DNA from: Octopus sinensis
Taxonomy: Eukaryota
Reading direction: 5' to 3'
Length of the DNA: 64,000 bases
NCBI RefSeq assembly: GCF_006345805.1
Contig: NC_042999.1
Coordinates: forward strand, 21,266,001-21,330,000
A model generated the notes under the pieces. It had not been told where the DNA came from and did no database searches. It saw only the letters and a program-made list of their open reading frames with translations. The position numbers and the translations under genes are program-made. This document shows positions 1 to 12,026 of the stretch, in pieces; position 1 is the first letter of the stretch; each line of letters begins with the position of its first letter.

Positions 1-335
1 CCAAAATTTGAAAGCTTTCTTTCTTTGAAAATTGAGCTTTTTAGAATTCAGTAAAGAAATATATTATCGGACATAGCCTTTTTCACTCGCAAAATATCCA
101 TTTTTAGAAAAGGCAGTAAAAAAATTTGAAAATCAGCTAAAATAATATAGTTTTCCAGTCTATTTGTGGAGCAAAAAAATTGGAGGAAAAAGTTATACAG
201 TTTTAAAAATTGAAAAAAACTGTGTCTTTTTAGCTAATAGTGAGACAGAAATTTTCTGACTTTAGCTGAGTGGTGTCAACTTTAAGGTTGTACCCAGTGA
301 AATTTATAGTTTAGCGTCTGTGTAATGACCTCTCC

Positions 336-848
336 ATCGTGGGCTTCTAAACGAACAGAAACACCTAAAAAAATCAACATGTATCATCTTACTGTTTCTT
401 TTGTTTCTTCATTGATTGTATGTTTTTCTTTTTTTTTAATTGGTTGTATCAATATATTTGTCTTCATGTGTTTACTTTATGCGTATTTCAGTATTATGCA
501 TACCTGTCATGTATTTGTATACATCATAAATAAATAAGTGCAGTGTGCGTGTGTGTGTGTGTGTCTGCCTCTAAAACTCCGAAGTTGAGTAACGTTTTCA
601 TGCTTGGATTTGTAAACTATGATAGGAATAACGATGGTCAACAAAGAACTTGTCCCAAGAAAAAAAGAGTTCCTGTACCTTATATGTTTTTGCATGCAGA
701 TACAGAAATTATGTCAAATTATCTCACCTTCATAATGCCAAGAAACTGTATAAACGTTGCGAACAACTTTTGCTATTACTCATTTTACTTGTTTCAGCCA
801 TTTCACTGTGGCCATGCTGGAGCACCGTCGATGGAGCAAATCGAGCCC
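336..848. repeat. Left arm of ~510-bp inverted duplication (partner 1426-1947)
   Basis: Reverse complement of 1426-1947. ORFs 543..866(+) and 1321..1593(-) share near-identical peptides (MFLHA.TEI.SNYLTFIMPRNCINVANNFCYYSFYLFQ). Confidence 0.9.
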
Positions 849-994
849 AGGACTTATTCTTTGTAAGCCTAGTACTTATTCTATCGGTCTCTTTTGTCGC
901 CGAACCACTAAGTTACGGGGACGTAAACACACCAGCATCGGTTGTCAAGCGATGTTAGGGGGACAAACACAGACACACAAACACACACACACAC

Positions 995-1000
<6 letters not shown>
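770..1000 (-). mobile_element. SINE family A, 3' half
   Basis: Reverse complement of the ggtgctccagcatggccgcagtcaaatgactgaaacaagtaaaa tail and cttagcggttcggcaaaagagaccgatagaataagtact body seen at 11610-12026. Confidence 0.85.
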
Positions 1001-1027
<27 letters not shown>

Positions 1028-1029
1028 CA

Positions 1030-1388
1030 ACCGAAATTGCGAGGATGATCTAGTTCTTGACTGAAGATTGATAGCTTCGAATGTCCCGTCCGTGTTTTTT
1101 GTATCGTCTTCTAAATGTTTTGCGTTCTTGTCCCAGTTTGTATGTTTTTACATATACATCTATATATATATATATGTGACCTCGTGAGTACCACTGGCGA
1201 TTTTTTTTCCTCTGTCTTCCCTTCTCGGGATCTTTCCTTCTCCTATGTTTCCGACGAAGAGCTCCGCTCGAAACGTTAAACCCTCCTTCTTCCCTTCTTT
1301 CCTGAGCGTCCAATAATACTTTATTTGTTCTTCGTCCTCACGTTGCTGTGTTTTTTATTTGTTTTTTTGTGTTTTCTTGTTTGGATTA

Positions 1389-1392
<4 letters not shown>
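1030..1392 (+). mobile_element. Non-coding PLE-type 3' end (pLTR-like) carrying a hammerhead motif
   Basis: 1175-1392 is nearly identical to 46560-46772. It contains an HHR-like motif and is flanked by (TA)n. Confidence 0.6.
1247..1281 (+). ncRNA. Minimal type I hammerhead-like motif (U4C variant)
   Basis: gttt-CCGACGA-A-GAGC-tcc-GCTC-GAAA-CG-TT-aaac: stem I gttt/aaac, stem II GAGC/GCTC, palindromic stem III AACGTT. Confidence 0.55.
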
Positions 1393-1425
<33 letters not shown>

Positions 1426-1427
<2 letters not shown>

Positions 1428-1947
1428 GCGCGATTTGCTCGACTAAAGGCGGTGCTCCAGCATGGCCACAGTCAAATGACTGAAACAAGTAAAATGAGTA
1501 ATAGCAAAAGTTGTTCGCAACGTTTATACAGTTTCTTGGCATTATGAAGGTGAGATAATTTGACTTAATTTCTGTTTCTGCATGCAAAAACATATAAGGT
1601 ACAGGAATTCTTTTTCTTGGGAAAAGTTCTTTGTTGACCAGGGTTATTCTTATCGTAGTTTACAAATCCAAGCATGAAGACGTTACTCAGCTTTGGAGTT
1701 TGGGAGGCAGACACACACACACACACATACACACACACACTGCACTTATTTATTTATGATGTATACAAATACACGACAGGTATGCATAATACTGAAATAC
1801 GCATAAAGAAAAAACATGAAGACAAATATATTAATAAAAAATAATAAAAAACAATAAGAAAAACATACAATCAATGAAGAGACAAAAGAAACAGTAAGAT
1901 GACACATGATTTTATTAGGTATTTCTGTTTATTTAGAAACCTACAAT
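1426..1947. repeat. Right arm of ~510-bp inverted duplication (partner 336-848)
   Basis: Contains SINE-A tail plus non-SINE flank, both mirrored at 336-848 with scattered substitutions. Confidence 0.9.
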
Positions 1948-1977
1948 AAAATTAGGTGTATCTTTCTTTCTATTTCA

Positions 1978-2096
1978 GTCTACGGGCTTCTTTCAGTTTC
2001 AGTCTACCAAATCCACTCACAAGGCTTTGGTCGGCCCGAGGCTATGGTAGAAGACACTTGCCCAAGGTGCCACGCAGTGGGACTGAACCCAGAACG
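1978..2096 (-). mobile_element. SINE family A, partial head/body
   Basis: Reverse complement of gggttcagtcccactgcgtggcaccttgggcaagtgtcttct...gtagacggaaactgaaagaagcccgt. Confidence 0.85.
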
Positions 2097-2484
2097 AGCG
2101 GGTGAAGTAAATATCGTGGTGTGAAGAATCAATATAACATTAGGGTGAAACACAACACAACGTGCGGTTGTCATCGCTGTCTCTTGAATGGCTAAAATTA
2201 CCCAAATTTTACAACTTTAATTAAAAATAACATCAGATTCCTTAATTTACGAGATAAAGAAAGTAATTAGTTGATCGTAATCAGAATTTAGAGTTGCATC
2301 GATACACCAAAATTGAAAGCAAGCTGAGCAAAATTAAATTGGGGTTCATTTTGCGAATGCAAAAGACAAGATCCTTTTAAACTATCACATAATTTCGCAA
2401 AACGCAAACACCCTTCACATTTAAAATTAATTTTTCTCCATCATATAGAGAAAAAAATAAAAGAGAGTCCAACTAAATTATTGA

Positions 2485-3158
2485 CTAGCAAAACGAACGA
2501 AAGTAAAGACAGCAACTACTATCACCTTCAGCAAAATAGCCCAAAAGAAGCGTCATTGGACAGAGAGTGAAATTGCTATTCTACTCAACAGCTGGCTTGA
2601 CCTTTCACAAAATGCCAACACACAAGCGTCATGCCTCAGTAACTTTGCTTAACAGCAAAACAAGTGGAATCTAAATTAAAGCATGTTTAGAAATCCTACT
2701 ACCTCGTTAAGAAGAATCTTACAATGCTCCACTTAATAATCGCCAATTCTACAAAACGAAAACAACCTACCGCTACTGACCTGTTAACTGTCCAACTTAC
2801 TAATGCCCACATACCAAACTCTGCTCACTCCATGATTACCATGGCAATCAATACCTCATACCTATCACCAGCAACATCACTACCATCACAATTATCATCA
2901 CCAACAAAACCACTGCCATCACCATCATTATCACAAGCAACATCATTACCATCGCCATCGTCATCACCACCACCATTATTATCGTTGCCAGAGCCGTCAC
3001 CGTCGCCGTCACCATCGTCATCATCAGCTACTACTACTGTTTCCATCACCACAACACTTACCATTCCTTCATCGTTACAACCCAGCAATAAGATGACTAT
3101 GATCTCAGCCCAACCAAGTTCACCAGGAGTAACCCTTACCACATCATTCCCAGAATAA
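2485..3158 (+). pseudogene. Decayed Myb/SANT-like (trihelix, Harbinger ORF2-type) domain with Ser/Pro/Thr-rich tail
   Basis: Frame 1 KRHWTESEIAILLNSWLDL, then after a frameshift TAKQVESKLKHV*KSYYLVKKNL, running into ORF 2724-3158. Confidence 0.4.
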
Positions 3159-3214
3159 TTCACCTCTAAATCTTCCGTAAACAAACAGTTGTCACATATC
3201 CCAGCCTCACAACA

Positions 3215-3538
3215 AAGATCACATCACAGAAGATCGAAGAGCTTGGTTTGGAAAAAAATCCTCATCCACCTTACACTCTCGACCTTGCTCCTTCACGTTA
3301 TCATTTGTTTCGTAGTTTACAGAATCATTTTAGGGTCATAACTTTCGCAAGCCAGAAGGAGGTCGAAACCAACATTTCAGAGTTTTTCGCATTGAAACCA
3401 AAAGCTTGTAAATAGATAGAAGGAAGTCATAGATAATCAAGGAAAGTACATTGATGATTAAATTTCAATTAAATATAACATTTGACCACTTGTTTTCTTT
3501 ATTCAAAATTCGGACAGAACTCATGGGATGACCTGATA
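3215..3538 (+). mobile_element. mariner transposon 3' fragment with one TIR
   Basis: Frameshifted WEK.PHPPYTLDLAPSRYHLFRSLQNHF...ISEFFALKPK...VIDNQGKYIDD*, then TIR-like cggacagaactcatgggatgacctga and TA. No matching left TIR seen. Confidence 0.85.
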
Positions 3539-4289
3539 TAACAATTTAAAGCCTAAAGGCTAATGAGTTGTGTATTGTCTCTTATTTCTAGCAATGCTGG
3601 TACTACTCTATTCCCTTGTCACTTTAGTGGCGTTTATAGATTTGCCTTTAGGATTTAAATTGCTAATAAGCCACCTAAATTGTTTATAGCATACAAGTCT
3701 ACCGTCTTGACGCAGCACTTGCTTTCACGGTTTTTCTTATAACTTGGCGAGACGAGCTGAACTTAACCCTAGGCGTAGTAAGTTCTCCTGACGAGAATTG
3801 AGATGCTATACATAAGAATTCATTATCACGTGACATGGGTACATATGTTACTTCAGTAGAGAGCTTTGTCTCACTAAACTAGGGAGCTCTGTCTCCCTCG
3901 TCATCTTATTACGATAGTGCTTTGTGTGACTAACGAGTTGTTTTGACTCTTGTTTCTCGCAATGATGGTACTATGTTGTACCCTTGTTTGTCACTTGTGA
4001 CGTTTGAATATGTGTGTGTCTGTATACACATGAACTTTAGGTTAGTTATAACATTCTTGTGACATATTTTAACAGCTAAAAGACAAAATTTCACTGCAGT
4101 TACCGTGTAGAAAGATTCTCTCTTACCTTATGGTCAAATATTCTAAAAACACCATATCTGTCCACCATCACCTGTCGGATTTCTAGACATCGATACTTCT
4201 ATATCCCTATCCGTTATCAATGGGAAATGCTTTAAAGAGGCAACTTTGGAAAGATTTTATCAATATCATTGACTAATTTACGCCAGTAG

Positions 4290-4510
4290 ACCGCTGAGGT
4301 CGCGTAAATTATCCTAATGTCAGGGCCAAGCAGAGTTTAGGTATAAGCGAACTTTAGGTTTGTTAAAAGAGAATTTTCCTACCCGGGAACTGCTGTGAAG
4401 TTGCTTTTTAACATTTGAAATATGTCACAAACATATTTTACCTAACCTAAAGTTCGCTTAGGCCTAAACACTGAAGGGTGCTGATATGGTAATTTTCACG
4501 ACCTCTGTGG
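4290..4510. mobile_element. MITE-like inverted-repeat element
   Basis: gaggtcgcgtaaattatc / ggtaattttcacgacctc and tttaggtataagcgaactttaggtt / aacctaaagttcgcttaggcctaaa are inverted pairs. A diverged inverted partial copy lies at ~4033-4127. Confidence 0.5.
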
Positions 4511-4704
4511 ACAAATACGAGTCAGCGGTTTTGTAATGTAGTCGAAGAAACCGTTATATCAAAATACCACCTTTTATGTAGTATATCTCTAAAAGAGGCG
4601 TAGATAAGATGTCGTAATTAAAATATTCTCACTGAAATCTCCGGGGTTCGATTTGATTGTATAGTCAATGATAAAATCAGATTCATAGGACATTCGGCTA
4701 ACGA

Positions 4705-4975
4705 TTGTAAGGTCGTGAGTTCGATTCCCGGCGACGCGTTGTGTCCTTGAGCAAGGCACTTTATTTCACGTTGCTCCAGTCCACTCAGCTGGCAAAAATG
4801 AGTAGTTCCTGTATTTTAAAGGACCAGCCTTGTCACATTCTGTGTCACTCTTAATCTCCCTGAGAACTACGTTAGGGGTTAGCGTGTCTGTGGATTGCAC
4901 GTTAATTTCACGAGCAGGCTGTTCCGCTGATCGTATCAGCTGGGACCTTCGTCGTCGTAACTGACGGAGTGCTCC
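4705..4975 (+). mobile_element. tRNA-headed SINE with CORE/Meta-like central domain
   Basis: B-box-like gagttcgattccc, then gttgtgtccttgagcaaggcacttt; central block repeated at 10705-10745. Confidence 0.75.
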
Positions 4976-6102
4976 TTCTATCTTGAGTTTCGTACGTAGT
5001 CTGCTACCCACTTTAACATTATCGCCTTTTAACCAGGAAGCTTTAACTCAGTCGAATTTCCCCTTTGCCTCCAGGCAATTTAGGGACGTCAGGGACGTAA
5101 CTCGATATCATTGCGGAACATCTTCCTACAGTTGGATAAGACGATTTACTGTTCCTTCTATTTCCTTTTAATGTATCAATGTCTATGCAAAACGGTTGGA
5201 TATTGACCTACACTCTCGACTTCATGGAAAATATTTTTAAAACGTGACATCAATAACATCATATATTATCCAGATGTGAAATTCAGGAAATGGAAATCTA
5301 TCAAAAGGCGGTGATTGAAAATAAATGATCATTCTAATATTAGTCGTCACACGTATGATAGCAATGAAGCAGCGAAATATATAGTGAAACTTCTATTTCT
5401 TACTAAAAAAAATATCAGCATTATACACTGCTCATATCTTGCAGAAGCTTATTTTTGATACGGTAAAAGGAGGGAGAATAGAAATGATATCCCCATACTC
5501 CCCATTATGCAATAAAGCATGCAGGAATAGTAAAAGTTGTGGGAAAAAATATAGAAGACAATGATATTAATGGAAATTTATTGCTTGCCTGGATAAGGTA
5601 CGCCAAAGCAAAACAGTCAGTAAATTGAATTCTCTTGGAAACTAAGAAGTAATGGAGCATAAATTTCAACTGGGACGTGCACACAGAGATTGATGAAAAG
5701 AAATACAAAAACAAACTGAATATAGTTTGTAAGAAGAGCAAATGTGACATGGTGAGATAATGCAATTTGAGAAGAATGGATAAAATTCACACACTGACAG
5801 AAGGATTGACTCGAAGGAAGCAGAGCGAGAGAGAAAGAGAGAGAGTGAGGCGGAGAGAGAGAAAGAGAGACACACAGAGCTGTGTGCCTTGTGTGTACGT
5901 ATTAAGAAAATCCCGATAGGGAATTTGTTTAATAAGCATATATTGAACATTGCTCTGATAATAAACTCTGTGGAAGGTCACACGATATAGGATAGGAAAG
6001 GGCGAGTGGGAAGTAGCAGTGTCGACCGATCACTCAAATATATATATGGAAGACACTATGACATGTTCAAAGGTAATATTTACGTAGCGAGACGATATCT
6101 CT

Positions 6103-6104
<2 letters not shown>

Positions 6105-6184
<80 letters not shown>

Positions 6185-6185
6185 G

Positions 6186-6250
<65 letters not shown>

Positions 6251-6252
6251 AT

Positions 6253-6297
<45 letters not shown>

Positions 6298-6432
6298 ATA
6301 TATATATATATCCCTATCTATCTGTCTGATTGTCTATTTATCTATCTGTCTCTATGTATATGAATTGAACAATTTGTAGATTGCCAGAGCAACAGTTATC
6401 TAATTATTTCTCTCGCGCGCTTGTATATGCAT

Positions 6433-6490
<58 letters not shown>

Positions 6491-6535
6491 TTGGATACAT
6501 GCATGCAAACATATATATATTCACACTTATATATG

Positions 6536-6585
<50 letters not shown>

Positions 6586-6586
6586 G

Positions 6587-6617
<31 letters not shown>

Positions 6618-6640
6618 TATATATATATACATGTATGTAT
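6105..6640. repeat. (TATC)n, (TA)n and (CA)n microsatellite cluster
   Basis: Directly visible. Confidence 0.95.
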
Positions 6641-6844
6641 GTATAGTCTTGGCTGGGGTTTTAAATTGATGGCTTCTAAAGTTTGCAACATAGTAGCACG
6701 ATCATCCAGCATTATTCTTGTCCTCTACTTTTAGTTGGGAATTGACAATCATAAGAATATAATTTAAAAAAAATTGAGTTGTTAATGAATAACACGGGAA
6801 AATTAATCGTTTTAAATGGGTTAATTCTTTCCAGAATCTAATTC

Positions 6845-7061
6845 CTTATTTTTTATGACCCACAAGGGGCTAAACATAGAGGGGACAAACAAGGACAGAC
6901 AAACGGATTAAGTCGTTTACACCGACCCCAGTGCGTAACTGGTACTTAATTTATCGACCCCGAAATGATGAAAGGCAAAGTCAACCTCGGCGGAATTTGA
7001 ACTCAGAATGTAACGGCAGACGAAATTTCGCTTAGCATTTCGCCCGGCCAGTTCGCCGACT
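6845..7061 (-). mobile_element. SINE family B
   Basis: Matches 48059-48290 in reverse (gagttcaaattccgccgaggtcgactttgcctttcatcctttcggggtcgat...). Confidence 0.9.
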
Positions 7062-7358
7062 TGGTAGAGATATAACATTTACTATATAAACAAATAGATT
7101 TCTATTACAAAATGTAAGGGTACTGATCGCTGCTTTATCTTCCTTACTATCAGAGAATGAATCGCCGGTCCTTCCCCCTATGCCGTGGTTCCTCTACTAT
7201 GCCCGACGCAAAACAGAATTACACTGTTCCATAAATCAAAGTAACATCTGATGTGGAACCACTGACACATGCTTTGCTGTTTACATGGCATAGGACCCAA
7301 CTTTCAATGTAAAGCACCTCTGGAACTTTTACCAATAAATATAGTTGCAAGCATGTCT

Positions 7359-7359
7359 C

Positions 7360-7391
<32 letters not shown>

Positions 7392-7398
7392 TATGTGT

Positions 7399-7440
<42 letters not shown>

Positions 7441-7680
7441 TTAACTCACTTTTCATGTAGATGGTTTCTGTTTAAGTTCCACTGTGTTACACCATCAGCA
7501 GGTAATTTTCTGTAATAAAAACGGGATGTCGAATGACCTGTGTGCAAATTTCATAGACGGAGACTACACGTACATACCTACCTAAATACATACATACATA
7601 CATACATACATACATACATACATACATACATACATACATACATACATAAATACATACATGCACATATATACATATACACA
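7359..7680. repeat. (TG)n and (TACA)n microsatellites
   Basis: Directly visible. Confidence 0.95.
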
Positions 7681-8521
7681 CTCTTCTGCATCCGCGTGTG
7701 CTTATTGGTGTTACGAACGTATCCATTTACTCAGTAAAGCATATTTACGTATCTTTAAAGATATTGATTGTAAGTAGGGTCTGTTTGTGTGTGTGTATGT
7801 GTGTCTTTTTCTGCGTCTGTGTCTGTGACTGTATGTGTATGTAAGAGTATGTGTGTGTGTGTTTCTGCTTCTGTATCTGTGAATGTATGTGTATGTATGA
7901 GTATGTGTGTGTGTTTATTTCTGTGTCTCTGTCTCTGTGTGTCTGTATGTGCGGCTGCATGTATATGCATGTGTGTGCACGCACGTGTATTGTGTTTGTG
8001 ATTGAGTGTGAGTGAGAAAATGGGAGAGAGAGAGAGAAAAGAGTCAGAGAGGATTTGCTAGAGTCGAGAGAAACGAAATCATCGATCGATCGAAAGTTAG
8101 ACAAAAGAGATAGATAATATGAGCAATAAAAAAAGCCATTTGTTTATAGAACATTCAGAATAAAATCAACAATTATCAAGAAAACTGAAAGCAAACTGAA
8201 AGCAAACACACGACACAAAATGGCGATGTCTACTTATTTATATATTTATTTATTTATATATTTATTTATTTATTTTCTATGGCTCACGTGAAATTCTGTA
8301 CAGTGGCGCTGTTATATAAAGCTAAGATCCCACAATTACTATTGATTTATCAGGTGATACAGATATCCTATATATATATGAGAAATGTCAAGTAGCAAGA
8401 TTCCAAAATGGCTCGGAGTTTTCGGGTTAGAAAGTTTGTTTCAGGATTTTTAAACAAAAAAACAAGAGACATGGAAACAAACACAAACCAAAGGTCGTAG
8501 GTAATATCATAAACAATGTCG

Positions 8522-8575
<54 letters not shown>

Positions 8576-8683
8576 TATATATAATATGATATCTATATAA
8601 TATATATATAATATGATATCTATATAATATATATATATATTATATATTATATATATATAATATATGTATATATGTAATATATA

Positions 8684-8725
<42 letters not shown>

Positions 8726-9109
8726 TATATTTATATATACATATATGAGGTGGGTTCCTGTAGAGACATATGCATACGTATATGTGTGTGTTTGAGTTTG
8801 TGTGAGTGTGTGTGGTTGTATCTGTGTGTGTGGTGGGGAGTATAACAACACTTAAGCATAAAAAAACACGCAATGAGATTATGCGTATGTGTGTATCTGT
8901 TGTGTATATGTGTATGTATATGCATATGTGTATGCTTGGTTTAATAGTAGTGAAAGTATGAATAAGCGATGAACACGTTCTAAAGACAACATTCAGATAC
9001 AAAAACACAAAGAGAAATTATGTGAAACAATATTCTCCATTGTCCAATCGCATTAAACACTGTAATTTACGTTGTCTGGCAATGGAACGAGCTATTAATA
9101 TGCAGTGTG

Positions 9110-9282
9110 ATAACAATAACCACCACCACCACCACCACCACCACAATAATAATAATAATATTAATAATAATAATAATAATAATAGTAATAGTAATAATAT
9201 AATAATAATAATAATGATAATAATAATAGTAATCATAATAATAATAATAATAATAATAATCATGATAATAATGATAGTGATG

Positions 9283-9340
<58 letters not shown>

Positions 9341-9393
9341 TAATAATAATAATAATAGTAATCATAATAATAGTAATCATAATAATAGTAATC

Positions 9394-9460
<67 letters not shown>

Positions 9461-9540
9461 TAATAATGATAGTGATGATAATAATAATAGTAATAGTGAT
9501 GTTAATGATGATAATGATGCTGATGATAATAATAATAGTC
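9110..9540. repeat. (AAT)n compound microsatellite
   Basis: Directly visible. Confidence 0.95.
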
Positions 9541-9639
9541 TATTCTACTATAGACCAAAGACTTGAAAATATGTGAGAAAAGGCTAAGTGGATTACATCA
9601 ACCCCAGTATATGACTGGTACTTACTTTATAGATCGTGA

Positions 9640-10660
9640 TATGATGAAATGCAAAGTGGAGGTATTTAATTTCAGAACATCTTTTTTATGTACTTCGTCT
9701 TTCGTTTGTCCTCCTAGTATATTTGCATTGCTTACAGCTGCTAACAATTCTTCGGAGCTTTCCGTGACATATTGATTGAGTCCTTTGACTTTCGTCTTCA
9801 CACAATCATCAGCACTCATCAATCCCCTTCTAACATTTTTACGTTTCATGTACACCCTCTCCACATCTGCCCTTTTAGGCAAGCCTTGAACATTGTTATT
9901 ATTTTGCGAGTTTTCTTTCGATCAATATCTTAGAGTTCTTATTTGTTCCTATTCACAAAACCTGCCATATATATCACAATTGATACAGCCCTTGATTTTA
10001 TTGCTTTCATAACGTTTCCCGAATTTAAATTATATTTCAATATATAGCTGCTCCTTCTGAACTACTTATTTTAAATGATTTCCATCATTTCTGTATTTTT
10101 CCTGATATGTGATTCCAAAATTTCCATGTCTTTGTATCCTTGCCTTTCTTCTAAACTTTTCCTTCCTTGATTATATGGCCGTTTATGCCCGTCATTCTGC
10201 TTAAAATTCCCTATTTTCACAATCAAATGTAATATCTATTGAAATCAAATTCTATACCTGTAACACAACTGAAAATTCTTACAGTGTTCACCAGTGTCCC
10301 ATGTTGATTTTCTTTTTTCCAATAAAGCTTCAAATTGCCCATGTATAGAAGGCGATAAACTTCTTCCATTCCACTTCTCAAATTATATCCTGGTTTAACA
10401 TCTCTCAATCCATCGACAATGTTGTTTATACCAGCACAAACAAAAGTGGTGAGAGACTATCGTCCTGAAATATTTCTCTTCTAATGATTACAGTAACCAA
10501 TGATTTTGCTGTTAATGTTAATCCATTGTCCTGATTTTTAAAAATCTTTGTTCCATCTTTGCTACTCCAAATATCTCCATACATTTCATTTTCCGGCTGT
10601 GATGAACCATATCATAGCTCTTTTTGTAGTCTTTTCACGCCATTCCTAGTTCCGTTATTT
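9640..10660 (-). mobile_element. Decayed R4/Dong(HERO)-like non-LTR retrotransposon RT region
   Basis: Minus-strand translation gives MA*KDYKKSYDMVHHS, IFQDDSLSPLLFVL, LLYMGNLKLY (YMDD-equivalent), NSGNVMKAIKSRAVS, DRKKTRKIITM and PKRADVERVYMKRKNVRRGLMSADDCV, with stops and frameshifts. Confidence 0.85.
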
Positions 10661-10704
10661 TTTTTTTTTGCAGTATTTTCGTCACGTCTTATCTATTAAC
10701 ATCA

Positions 10705-10852
10705 TTTCACGTTGCTCCAGTCCACTCAGCTGGCAAAAATGAGTAATCCTGCGACGGACTGGCGTCCCGTCCAGGTGGGGGAATTTCTACACCACTGAAA
10801 CCGGGAAACCTGCCCTTATGAGCCTGGCATGGCTCGAGAAGGAACATTTATA
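10705..10852 (+). mobile_element. 5'-truncated SINE (central domain plus C-type tail)
   Basis: Shares tttcacgttgctccagtccactcagctggcaaaaatgagta with 4765-4805 and gagcctggcatggctcgagaaggaac with 52612-52650. Confidence 0.8.
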
Positions 10853-11449
10853 TCTATTAACATCGGACCCTTTTTTCCACCTTTACCTGCGCTTATAACA
10901 CTTCTGCTTATCTGGGAACAAGACTGGAATTTTTTTCTTCCATGCGTCATACACAAGGGACCATTTCCTCCATTCAGAAATCCTGGAATTCGTCTGGAAA
11001 AATCGGTTGGAATCTCTAACATGAGTTTTACTCCGACTGTTACAACCACTACACTTTTCGATGTGAATCTTCAATCTCGTACATTTTCCGTACAAAAAAG
11101 AGGGAGAACGTTTCTAAACTATATATATAGATAGAACATAATGTAATCCGTTTCTCGAAATTTATTAACTGTATTCTTTGTTCAGCCTAGTAAAATAATT
11201 TAATTTTATCCCGATATTGAGAAACTCCAGTAAATCGAAACGATCGTAAATGCCACCCTCATCTCTGCTTCTTACTTTGTTGTTACCTATCCAATGAAAG
11301 ACATGCCAGCGTCAACCATGAGTTTCCCATTGCTGTTATATCAATTTTCTTCCTACATATATATGTATAATTCTTAAAGAGGTCAACAAACATTAAGGCA
11401 AGGCAGACGTCTCAAATCTTATAAATTATTACCATCGGGAAAAACACAA

Positions 11450-11582
11450 AGTCTTACAGCTGTTTCTGGGATATCACAGAGTAAGGGATATTCCGTAATC
11501 TATACTTTTATCATTTTCGCTATTTGTCTCCCACGACGGAATATCCCATACTCTGGGTTATCCCAGAAACAGCTGTAGGACT
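11450..11582. repeat. 133-bp fold-back with outward-facing hammerhead 3' halves (GAAACAGCTGTA)
   Basis: Arms 11450-11496 and 11536-11582 match at 43/47 by eye; 39-nt loop. Confidence 0.85.
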
Positions 11583-11609
11583 TATTTTTTTCGATAATAA
11601 TAATAATAT

Positions 11610-12026
11610 AGGCGCAGGAGTGGCTGTGTGGTAAATAGCTTGTTTACCAACCACATAGTTCCGGGTTCAGTCCCACTGCGTGGCACCTTGGGCAAATGTC
11701 TTCTACTATAGCCTCGGGCCGACCAAAGCCTTGTGAGTGGATTTGGTAGACGGAAACTGAAAGAAGCCCGTCGTATATATGTATATATATATATGCGTCT
11801 GTGTGTTTGTGTGTCTGTGTTTGTCCTCCTAGCATTGCTTGACAACCGATGCTGCTGTGTTTATGTCCCCGTCACTTAGCGGTCCGGAAAAAGAGACCGA
11901 TAGAATAAGTACTGGGCTTACAAAAAGAATAAGTCCCGGGGTCGAGTTGCTCGATTAAAGGCGGTGCTCCAGCATGGCCGCAGTCAAATGACTGAAACAA
12001 GTAAAAGAGTAAAGAGTAAAAAGAGA
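11610..12026 (+). mobile_element. SINE family A, full length
   Basis: A-box-like TGGCTGTGTGG, B-box-like GGGTTCAGTCCC, internal (TA)/(TG) tract and (AAAGAGT)n tail; many copies in the window. Confidence 0.9.

Noticed and set aside
1-290. Possible DNA-transposon terminus ending at ctttaa
   Set aside because: Truncated by the window edge, with no partner TIR visible.
2825-3184. Asp/Gly-rich minus-strand ORF
   Set aside because: Antisense shadow of a low-complexity CAT/CAC tract.
3775-3830. CTGACGAG as a hammerhead core
   Set aside because: No downstream GAAA/NUH or stems.
10855-11130. Overlapping ORFs on both strands
   Set aside because: Only a vague resemblance to an RLE-LINE C-terminus; not supportable.
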